The notes below the pieces were generated by a model. That model was not told the origin of the DNA and searched no databases. It saw only the letters and a list, made by a program, of their open reading frames with translations. Positions 43,614 to 53,260 of a DNA stretch of 53,260 bases are shown here, piece after piece (the first letter of the stretch is position 1; the number at the start of each line of letters is the position of its first letter). The position numbers and the translations under genes were made by a program. The DNA comes from Parvularia atlantis (Eukaryota): assembly GCA_943704415.1 (NCBI GenBank), contig CALSCO010000183.1:1-53260 (forward strand). The letters are read 5' to 3'.

Positions 43614-45432
43614 TCACACTGCGCCGCCGCCGCCGCCAAAGTGGTGCTCGAGCAGCCACGCCGCGTGCTCGCTCGGCTCGTGCAGGTCCTCACGCAGCCC
43701 GAGCTGCTCCATCGCCTCTACACCGCCGGCCTGCTCGACCAGCGCAGCCGCGCCTGGCACGCCGCGCAGCACCAACTCGAGTAGCTGCAGCCCGAGCACG
43801 GCCGTTTGGGCGTCGGGTGCGCCACGCAGCAGCTCGACCGCGCCTGGATATTGCGGCCGTGTCAGCCGCGCCGCACAGCGAGGCAGCACGCGCGCACCAT
43901 CGACCATGTTGTGCCGCACCAGCGCCGCCGCAGGCTCGCCCTGCAGCCAGGCGATGTTGGCGACGACGCAGGACGCCTGCGTGCGCGCTGCCTGAGCTGC
44001 GCTGATGCACACGTACAGCCGCCGCACCTCCTTACGCATTTCCAACGCCGGGGCGCGCAGCAGGGCCGTCAGCACTGCCAGCACGCCCTCGTCCGCCGCC
44101 AGCGCGTGTGCGAGCTGTGCGCGCCCGCTTGTCGCGTTGGCCAGGAGCCACAGTGTCTCCTTAACAACCGCCGGTTGGTCGCACGCTAGCATCGCGAGCA
44201 GCAGGTGCGCAAAGCCCGGCGCGAGCAGCAGCGCCGCGGCGACGTCGTCCGAGGCGCACACGAGATTCCCGAGCGTGCGCACGTACGGGAGGGCGAGCGC
44301 GCTCGGCGGCTGGATGGCACTCAGCGCGCGCACCTGAACGGCAATCAGCCGATCGCTTGCCTGCGCGCAGACGGCACACCATCGCCAGCACGAGCGGCGC
44401 GTTGAGCAGGTCTGGGATCGGCCGGTCGTCGGCCGAGAGGCACGCGAGCACGGCTGCGACCTCGGCCGCGGCGAGTGCGTCGCTGCACCCGAGCTGCTTG
44501 AGCAGGAGCGGCGCCAGGCCGGCGTCGACAAAGCGCCGCGCGTCCTTCTGGTTGCGGTGCAGCAAGCTTGTGACGGCGAAGCACGCGGCGCGCACGAGCG
44601 ACGGCGTTTGCTGCGGCGGTAGGCGACGCGTGAGCTCGACGCCGGCGCACGTGTGCGCGTGCGCACCATCGGCGGCCGCAGCAGGTTGAGCAGCGGGTGG
44701 ATTACGCCGTTTGCGAGCAGGATCTGCTGGTGCCCCGATTCGTCGGCGGCGAGGTTGCCGATCACGTACGCGCTCTGCTCCTGGATCAGCTGGCCCACGG
44801 CGCGCGGCGTCAGCTTACGCACGGCGCTGCTGCCGCACCGCGCCCACGCACCGGGTCGCCGCTCTGCAGCAGCTGGATCACGTACGGCGCGGCCGTCAGC
44901 GCCTGCGCGCACATGGCCGACGAGCCGGCGGCGATGTCTGCGCGCACACGTGAGCCGCATCGCCTTGCCACGAGGGCACCCCGGGCACCCCGCGCGCCAC
45001 GCAACTGGACAGGCACCAGAGCGCCTGCAGCTGGTGCGCCGGCACTGCGCCGCGCAGGTACCAGGCGAGCGTGAGCATCGCGTCGCCCTCGACCACGTAG
45101 CGCTCGAGCACGGGCGCGGGGCGGGCGAGCAGCACGTGCAGCCGGACGAGCGCGTGCGTGGCCGTGTCGGCGTCGCCGGGCTCGCGCAGCACCGCGCGCA
45201 GCCGCGCCACGTCGTCCTCGCTGACGGCGTCGACGTTGGACGTGCCGACTGCGCTCGCGGGCTGCACGCGCACACGCTTGGCCGACAGCAGGCGCGCGCG
45301 GCGCTGGTGCCGCAGCGCGTCGGCCTCGGCGCGGGCGGCGCGGCGCGGCTCAGCGGCCTCGACGGCGGCGCGTTGCGCGTCCCGCACGCCCGCGCGTGGC
45401 GCTGTCTCGTTTGAAGCGCTTGGTGCAAACAT
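43614..45432 (-). CDS. Importin-alpha-like ARM protein (TMCO6/IMPA9-type) with IBB-like N-terminus
   Basis: ALRHQRRARLLSAKR (IBB-like), QLQALWCLSNIAAG, IQEQSAYVIGNLAAD, PYVRTLGNLV, VVKETLWLLANATSG, MRKEASCVVANI. Confidence 0.75.
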
Positions 45433-45462
45433 GACAAGTGTGGCATAGGCCTACGCAGTTTC

Positions 45463-45511
45463 ATGATGGCTGCGGGCCAATCGACGCGAGCCACGTCGCG
45501 GGCGGTCGGCG

Positions 45512-45551
<40 letters not shown>

Positions 45552-48343
45552 GCCGGCCGCGCGCGCTTCCTCGGACAACCAGCCGCCGCAGACCAAGCAG
45601 CAGGCCGAGCAGCAGGCCGAGCAGCAGGCCGACGCAGCCGCACTGGCGGACGAGGTCGCGTCATGGATCCGCGTCGCGCCCAGCGTCCTGCTGAGCGAGG
45701 CGCAGCTCGGGCGGCTGCGCGAGGCGGCGGCCGCGGGCGCGAGCACGGACGCGGCGCTGTTCCTCGGCCGCGCGCACTTGGTACGCCTCCTCTTGCCCGC
45801 GCCGTGGTCGCGGCCCTCTCTCGACGCTCGCGCGCGCGGCATAAACACAGCTCGGCGAGAACGGCGCGCCCGTCAACTTCACGGCGGCGCACGAGCACTT
45901 TGAGCAGCTCGCGCGCGCCGGCAACGCCACCGCGCACGGCTTTCTCGGGATGATGCACGCGCACGGGCTGGGCGTGCCGGTCAGCTCCGCCAAGGCGCGA
46001 GGCGCGGCGGATCGGGCTCGGCGGCGCGGTCGGCTGACACGCGCCCGCGCTCAACAGGCCGTGGTCTACTACCACTTTGGCGCGCTGGGGGGCGACACGG
46101 CGTCGCAGATGAGCCTCGCGTACCGCCAACAGAGCGGCATCGGCACCGAGTACAATTGCGAGGCCGCCGCAAAGAACTACCACGCCGCGGCCGACAAGGG
46201 TGCGTCGACTTTGCGCTTCTGTCTGCCGAGGCTCACGCCGGCCCCGCGCGCGCGTGCAGTGGCCGCCGCCTTCAGGCGCGTGGGTGGGACGCCGCAGCTG
46301 AAAGTGCGCCTGGTGGATGAGCTGGTGCGCGCGCGACGTGGATGCCACGAGTGGGCGTTCACCCGCGGCGATCGGCAGAACGGGACGCCGCAGGTGCTGT
46401 CGAAGCAGGACCTCCTGCAGTACTACCAGTACACGGCCGACAAGGCCGACGCGGACGCGCAGGTGCGCCGCGCCCGCCGCCGCGCAAGCGCTTGCCGCGT
46501 GTTCATGCAGCGCCGCGCAGCTCATCATCGGCCAGCTGTACCAGCAGGGCGGCCAGGGCGTGCAGCAGAACCTCGAGCAGGCGCTGATCTTCCTGCGCCG
46601 GTGCGGCGGGGGGCGTGCCTCGCTCGGCCATGCGCGCTTTGCTGACACGAGCGCGCCCCTGTGCAGTGCCGCCGAGCTCGGCAATGTCCAGGCCGCGGCG
46701 CAGCTCGGCTACATGTACCTCGGCGGCGAGGTCTGTGTGGCGGCAGCGTTTTAGCGGGCAGCAGCTTACGCGTCCGTGCTGCAGGGCGTCCGGGCCAACC
46801 CCGCGCTCGCCGTGCAGTACTTCCGCATGGGCATCGCGAGCGACAACCCCGCCTGCTACAACGGCCTCGGCCTCGCGTACCTCAACGGCATCGGTGCGCC
46901 TCGCGGCCGTGCTCGTGGTGCACACGCGCATGACGCGCGACCGGCAGGTGTGGCCAAGGACGCGAAGCAGGCCGTTGCGTACTTCCGCAAGGCCGCCGAG
47001 GCCAAGTTTCCGGACGCGCAAGTGCGGTTCGCCTGCACAGGGTGTGGCGTTGCTGATCTGGCGGCGGCAGGTCAACCTGGCCGTTCAGATCTTCAACGCG
47101 CAGGGCGGGCTGCGGCGCGACTACGTCGAGATCGTCAAGCTGCTCACAGCCGCCAGCCAGACCGGGCACGTCCTGGCGCAGTACTACCTCGCCGTGATGC
47201 ACCAGCAGGGCTTTGGCACGCGGTGCGCGCGTGCCCACCGCCTGACGTCGCGCAGTCACGCGCCCTGACGCATGTGGACGCTGCGCAGCAAGTCGTGCTC
47301 GATCGCCGGCGCGCTGTTCAGGACCGTGGCCGAGCGCGGCGAGTGGACCGTCGGTCTGATCGACCGCGCCTATGAGGCGTACCACGCGGGAGACGTGCAC
47401 AAGGCCGCGGTGCTGTACCTCATGGCGGCCGAGCAGGGTGCGCGCAAGGACGGCGTTGGCGGCGCTGCTCGGCTCACACGCCCCGCTGTTGCGAAGGCTA
47501 CGAGGTTGGCCAGTCCAACCTGGCCTTCCTGCTCGACCAGGGTTTCCAGCTGTTCCCGACCAAGCAGGAGAACGACGAGCGCGCGCTGTCGATGTGGATC
47601 CGCGCGGCGTCGCAGGGTGCGCTCGCGTCCGACGTGCCTGCGCGCGCGCACATACCGACGGCACTGCGGCAGGCTTCCCGCAGGCCAAGATCAAGGTCGG
47701 TGATCACCACTACTACGGCCTCGGCACGCCCGTCAACTACGCCCTCGCCGCCGCCTACTACCAGCTGGCCGACCAGGACCACTCGCCCCAGGCCATGTTC
47801 AACCTGGCGTTCATGCACGAGTACGGCCTCGGGCTGGAGCAGGTCCGCGCTGCTCGCGCGCCAACGTGCTTGCCGGCTGACATGCGCGCATCGTGGCTGG
47901 CAGGACCTGCACCTCGCCAAGCGGTACTACGACAAGGCCAGGGACACGGCGGCCGAGGCCTACGTGCCCGCGACGATCGCACTTACCGGCCTGCTGGTCA
48001 AGATGACGCTCAAGGCACGCCGCGGCGCATGTGCTGCGCGCGCCGAGCACTGACCTTCGCCCCGCAGTCGTGGTATGAGCGGTCGTTCGGGTGGCTTGTC
48101 AGCGGCGACATCGACTGGGAGTCGTCGGCCATGCAGGCGCTCGTGCTCGCGCTCGTTGTGCTGGCCATCGTGCGGCAAGTGGTCGCGCGGGCGGACGCGC
48201 CATTGCACGCTGTCGACGTCGCACCGCCAGCACCGGCACCGGCACCCGCACCAGCACCAGCAACGGCAACGGCATCACCACAAGCGCAGGCATCGGCCTC
48301 CGCAGCCGCGCCCCGCCCGCCCGAAGAGCCCGCAGCCACGTAA
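45463..48343 (+). CDS. SEL1L: SEL1L/Hrd3 ERAD adaptor (Sel1-like repeats)
   Basis: Poly-Leu signal peptide; GNATAHGFLGMMHAHGLGV, AKAVVYYHFGALGG, DLLQYYQYTADK, FRTVAERGEW, AAEQGYEVGQSNLAFLLD, KVGDHHYYGLGT, QAMFNLAFMHEYGLG-DLHLAKRYYD; C-terminal transmembrane segment. Confidence 0.92.
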
Positions 48344-48386
48344 ATGTTTCAAGTTTTTGCTGTTGTTGTACAGGGGGCAATCTCGC

Positions 48387-51153
48387 TCAGCGTACACTCG
48401 CGCGGTGGCTCGACGAGCCCTTGCCGGCGCCAGAGCCGGACTTGTTGCTGCTCTTTGCTTTCTGCTCATGCGCACGGTCGTTGAGCGTGCGCACGCCAAC
48501 AGGGCACGGCACACACCTCGGGCGACGTCGACAACGCGGCGGCGGCGGCGCCGTTGGGCAGCTTGATCAGCTTCTTGGGCGGTCCTGCGGCGCCCGCAGC
48601 CTGCGCGCCCGAGGCGGCAAAGACGGCGAGCTTTGCGTCTGCCCACCGCCACGCATGAGCGCTGCACGCGAGCGCCCGCGCGTGTGCGCGCACCGTCGCC
48701 CTTGGACGGCAGGTGCAGGGCCATGTGCGACTGGTGCAGCGCGCCGGCCCGCATCAGCTGCCGGCTCTTCTGCAGCCGCGCGGTCTCGTGCCCGCCGTTG
48801 AGGCCGTGCAGGTCCTGCGGCGTGAACAGCACAAGCGGCATGGACATGAACCTGAGCGCGCGCACGATCAGTTGGCCGCGCGCACCAGGTGACCCTGCTG
48901 GCGCTGCGCACCCACTCGGCACATCCAGCTCGCCGTCGCTCTCGCCATCGCTGTCGCCGTCGCTCACGTCGAACGTGCGCTTACCCTGGCGGCGCTGCAA
49001 CTGCGAGCGCGCACTTTCGTTAGCTGTGCGCGTGCACATGCGCCGCTAAGGCACACACATCCAGCGTGGCCGACCCGTCACGCTCGCCAGCGTCGGCCGT
49101 CAGCAGGAGGCCGCGCCGTTTGCTCGAGCGGTCGATCCAGACTGCGGGCGGTCAGTGTCAGCGCGCGCACCACAATGAGGCGCACGCCGCGCACGCACGT
49201 CGCCCATTGCGGCCCATGCGCAGCCGCGCGGCTGTGAGGCGGTGCGCGTTGACGAGCACCTGGCGGAAGCGGCGCACAACCGGGCGCGTGTCGCGCGGCT
49301 CTGGCGCATGTGCAGCACGTGAGAATGTCGCGCACGTGCAGGCAGCGCAAAGCGAACGCACCCCAGACTTGCGCGTGCGTGAGGTCGATGAAGTGCTCGT
49401 CGGGCCGCGCGAGGTGCAGGGGCGCGTCGTTGAGCCTGTTGTACATGTTGAACTGGAGGTCCATGCCGCGGAAGATGCTGTCGGGCGGCGGCGTGCGGCT
49501 GCGCGGTCGCCGTCTGAGCCTGTGCCAGCCGCGCGCGCGCCGCGAGGACGCACTTCCAGTCGAGGAAGACCTCGGGCTCGGGCGGCGGTGGCAGCACGGC
49601 GGGCAGCTGCTTGCGCTCCATCGTCGGCAGGGCCTGTCCAGAGCGCATCTGCGGGTGCTGGGCGACGCAGACGCGCAGCGCGGTGAGACGGGCCTCCGCG
49701 CGCGCGCACGCGCACCTCGGGCATGACAGGCAGCTTGATCTTGATCGACTCCTTCTTGGGCCGCACCTGGCACGCGGCCCGCGTGAGCACGCACGCACAG
49801 CGTCGCCGAGCCCGCGCGGCGCACCGCGAGCTCCGGGTGCTTCAGCTCGATCGTGTGGATGCGCACGCGCTGCTCGAAGATGAGCAGCTCGAGCAGCAGC
49901 TGCTCCTTCTTGAGGCGGTCGCGCTTGCGCATGAGGTCGACGAGGGTGCGGGCGCGGTCGAGCTCTGTGCGGAGCTTGACGAGCTGCAGACGCGCGGGCG
50001 CGATTTGAGCAGGCATCGTGCAGCGTTCGCCGTGCGCGCACCTTCTCGTACGACTGCTGATCATTGCGGCGCGACTTGCGCGTCTGGCGCAGCTCGCGCC
50101 GCCGAAAGCAGACGTACGGATCCGGGTCGTTGGGCTTCGTCTCGGGCTGGCGTGCCGCGCGCGCGCGCGCGCGCGGCCAATGTGAGACGGCAGCGGCGAG
50201 CTGGCAGCGGCGGCACGCGGCACCTTGAGCAGGTTCATGAGCGCGCGCCCGAGCCGCTCGCGCTTCTTCTGCCAGTAGTCGTAGATGGCCGACGCGCCCT
50301 CGCCCGTGATGGCCGCATCAGGCCCGAGGTCCGACAGGTTCGGCAGGGCCTGGTCGGGCTCCTGCAGCTGCGTGCGGCTGTCAGCGCGCACAGCCGCAGC
50401 AGGGCTGCAGCGAGCGGCCACCTTGCGCTCGTTGGCGAGCTGCTCCAGCCGCGTAATAACCTTCTCGACCTGGTCCTCCGTCAGCGGGCGGTTCTTGCTC
50501 GCGGCGTTGTAGGCGCGGATCCACTGCGTGTCCTCCTCGTCGAGGTCGTACGAGTCTGTCGTGGCGAGGTCGTCGATGATGGCTGCGGCACCCGTCAGCG
50601 ATGCGACACAATGCAATGCAACACGATGTGATGCGCACCGGTGTAGATGCGGATGGGCTTCTGCGGCCGGACGTAGTTTGGCTTGTACAGTTCGTCGTAC
50701 TCGGCCACCTCCTTGGACGCGTCCGGTGTGGGGATGTAGAACGCGCTCTTGGGCCCGTCCAGCTGCGACGCCGAGATGAAGCGCTGCAGATGGTGTTCCT
50801 GCGTCGGTGTCGACGTCGGCGTCCCGCGCCTCGGTCACCCCGCATCGGCCGCCGCACCTCCTCCTCGTCCTTCTCGACACCCGTCGACACGTGGATCATC
50901 GACCGCATCGCCGTCTGGTCCTCGAGCACGATCTCCTCGGCATTATAGATGCGCAGCTGTCGAGCGCGCGTCACCCGGGTAAGAAGGTGCCTATGCCAGT
51001 CTGGCATAGGACAGGGCCCGAAAACGGCTCGCGGCCAAACAGGGAAAAAGGCAGCACGCGGGCCGGCGCAGCAGGACGCGCGCGCGCCCGCGGCGCACGC
51101 ACCTTGACGTTGTACTGCAGCTTCTTGGCGCGCATGTTGAGCTTGGACGTCAT
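48387..51153 (-). CDS. EPL1: Enhancer of polycomb (EPC/Epl1), NuA4 subunit
   Basis: STGVEKDEEEEHHLQRFIS, YIPTPDA, YDLDEEDTQWI, IYDYWQKKR, DPYVCFRRRELRQTRKSRRND, LMRKRDRLKKE, RLRMGRNGRRWIDR. Confidence 0.92.
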
Positions 51154-51274
51154 GGCGGCGGGTGGCTGTGGAGGGGCGCGAAGCCCCCGGACGAAAAAAA
51201 AAACAGCAAAAAGTCGGCCACTGCCACACTGGCCGTGCCGCAGTTGGCGTCAGGCACTTTGCAGCGTGGCCGCG

Positions 51275-52720
51275 ATGCGCGCACTGTCGGGCCTCGCGCG
51301 CGGACGCGTGGCGAGCGCGGCTGCGAGCGCGGTGGCGAGCGCGACGGGCGGCGCCGTGGCCGTCGAGACGCGCTGCGTGCTCGTGAATGAGCGCGTTCCG
51401 AACCGCGGCGGATGCCTCGAGGTCGACGTCTACGGCTCGCTTGCCGACCCGCCCGGTGCGCTCGCGCCGTCGCCCGCGAGCCCGCGCTGCTGCCCGTGAC
51501 CGCCCACGCCCGCGCCGCGCCCGCCCGCGGCTTCCGCAGTTGTCCTGCTGCACGGCGGCGGGCAGACGCGGCATTCTTGGGCGCGCACGGCCGTGCGACT
51601 GGCACAGCTGCGCTTCTGCGCCGTTACGGTTGACCTGCGCGTGCGTCGCAAGCCGGCGGTGCGATCGAGCCCGCGCACCTGACGCGTTGCCGTACGCGCC
51701 CAGGGCCACGGCGGCAGCTTCTGGGACCCCGAGCAGGACTACTCGTACGAAGCGTTCGCGCACGACCTCGTGATGCTGACGCAGTCGGACCTGCTGCGCG
51801 ACAAGCGGCCGGCAGTGGTCGGCGCGTCGCTGGGTGCTTGCAGCGCGCCGTGCAGCGTGCCGCATGCGGCTGAGCTCTCGGCGCGCGCGCAGGCGGCCTC
51901 ACGCTGATGTGCGCGGGCAGCCGCATTCCAAACCTTAGCGCTGCCGTGCTGGTCGACATCCTGCCCAAGATGCAGGCGCGCGGCGGTGCGTGGGCGCGGT
52001 CTGGGCTCGTGCGGCGCGGCTCACGCGGGCGCGCGGCAGTGGACCGCATCCTCACGTTCATGTACGAGACGTCGCGCACGGGCTTCGCGACGGTCGAGGA
52101 GGCGCTGCACTCGATCGAGACGTACACGCCGCATCGCAAGGTGCCCTGCATCCACCCGCGTGGCACGTTGCGCGCCAGCTCATGTGCGCGGCACCCCTTG
52201 AGCAGCGCCAGCGTAACTACGAGTCGGTGCAGAAGAACCTGCGCCAGGGCGCCGACGGCCGGTTCTATTGGCACTGGGACCCGGCGTTCCTGATCAACCG
52301 GGTGAGCGCACGCCTTGCGCGCGCGAGCTGCGTGGCTGCGGCCCTGACGCCGCGCTGCAGTACGACGCGCAGAGCGACGGCGCCGCGGCCGAGCTCAAGT
52401 CGAGCCAGGAGCGGCTGGATCGGCTGATGGTGCTGGTGCAGGGGATCCAGGGTGTGTGCCGAGCGCGTTCCCAGGAGAGGCTGACGCGCGGATGCGGGCT
52501 CGCAGCGCCGATTCTGCTCATCCGTGGGCAGAAGACGGACCTGATCACGGCCGAGGACTCGCGCGCGTTCGTGGCGCAGCTGGCCGACGCCGAGTTTGTC
52601 GACGTCCAGGGCGCGTCGCACATGATCGCGGGCGACACGAACGACGTGTTCACGGCCGCGCTGGTCGAGTTCCTGCTGCGCAAGCTGACCCCGGGCGTGG
52701 CACCGGCGAGCAAACTGTAG
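51275..52720 (+). CDS. Alpha/beta hydrolase resembling bacterial non-heme haloperoxidase-like (BpoA/BpoB-type) proteins; C-terminal PTS1 (SKL)
   Basis: LLHGGGQTRHSW, DLRGHGGSFWD, VVGASLGG, VLVDILPKM, GFATVEEA..IETYTPHR, KNLRQGADGRFYWHWDPAF, DVQGASHMIAGDTNDVF; ends APASKL*. Confidence 0.85.
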
Positions 52721-52732
52721 TACAAGGCAACA

Positions 52733-53260
52733 TTACGGCTCGCAAAAGAGCTTGCGCACGACGACGAACCAGTTGTCGCGGTCGTAGCCCGACTCAACCA
52801 CCTCGCCCAGGCGCGTCGCCCGCACAAGCTCCTCCAGCTCGCCCTTGGTGAACAGGTGGTAATATCTTGGGGCGCGCCGGGCCCGGCGTAAGGCAGTGCC
52901 AGAGCGCAGCGTGGACGCAGCGCACCGCTGGAAGACCTGCGGCGGCTCGTGCGGCGCGTCACCCGTGTATGTCGCCGGCAGCTTCCACGCGACGAACGTG
53001 TCCTGCGCGTCGAACCGGCGCGTCTCCTGCTCCATCGCCCAGACGAAGACGAGTGCGGTGCCGCGCGGTCGCAGCACACGCAGCAGCTCCTGCCCGCCGC
53101 GCGTGGTGAGACGCTGACAGGGCGGCGCGACTGATGAGTGTCGCACCCGCAGGGCGGCTAGGCGCCGCTCGCGCGTTGACAGGTGGTGCAGCACGGCGAC
53201 CGACAGGACGTGGTCCTGCGGGCACGCGTCAGGCAGGCGCTGGGCACGCAGGCAGGGGGG
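52733..53260 (-). CDS. Trm9/ALKBH8/TRMT9B-like tRNA methyltransferase, 3' part (5' end outside the window)
   Basis: LSVAVLHHLSTRERRLAAL, ELLRVLRPRGTALVFVWAMEQ, QDTFVAW, FQRYYHLFTKGELEEL, YDRDNW. Confidence 0.88.
   Translation of the reverse strand, partial: PPCLRAQRLPDACPQDHVLSVAVLHHLSTRERRLAALRVRHSSVAPPCQRLTTRGGQELLRVLRPRGTALVFVWAMEQETRRFDAQDTFVAWKLPATYTGDAPHEPPQVFQRCAASTLRSGTALRRARRAPRYYHLFTKGELEELVRATRLGEVVESGYDRDNWFVVVRKLFCEP

Noticed and set aside
50957..51102. TPP riboswitch in the EPC intron
   Set aside because: The conserved CUGAGA and ACCUGAU elements are absent, and the host gene is unrelated to thiamine.

Overview
This window is eukaryotic nuclear DNA: very GC-rich, gene-dense, and interrupted by many ~45-70 nt spliceosomal introns (donor mostly GTGCGY, branch CTGAC/CTCAC/CTGAG, mostly CAG acceptor, little polypyrimidine tract). 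The ORF track is therefore mostly fragments or shadow ORFs. Splicing by hand gives 20 protein-coding genes, in order: NAA80-like acetyltransferase (partial), PP2C Ptc2/3-like, beta-adaptin, WDR81-like, Ena/VASP, ArfGAP1/Gcs1, eIF4G, SmgGDS, a PAS+GATA (WC-2-like) factor, TM2D2-like, an ankyrin protein, a secretory JmjC protein, a nucleotidyltransferase-glucuronokinase fusion, a dienelactone hydrolase, a Ca-binding mitochondrial carrier, a TMCO6/importin-alpha-like ARM protein, SEL1L/Hrd3, EPC/Epl1, a bacterial-type alpha/beta hydrolase ending in SKL, and a Trm9-like methyltransferase (partial). Two unusually long eIF4G introns each hold a box C/D snoRNA with guides against 18S rRNA. The main architectural signals are near-perfect strand alternation, head-to-head start codons only 5-36 bp apart, and a recurring TGTACA/TGTA element between convergent stops. 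The mix of animal-type and fungal-type genes suggests (inference) a unicellular opisthokont such as a nucleariid. All family assignments come from remembered motifs, not database searches; gene coordinates are start-to-stop spans including introns.
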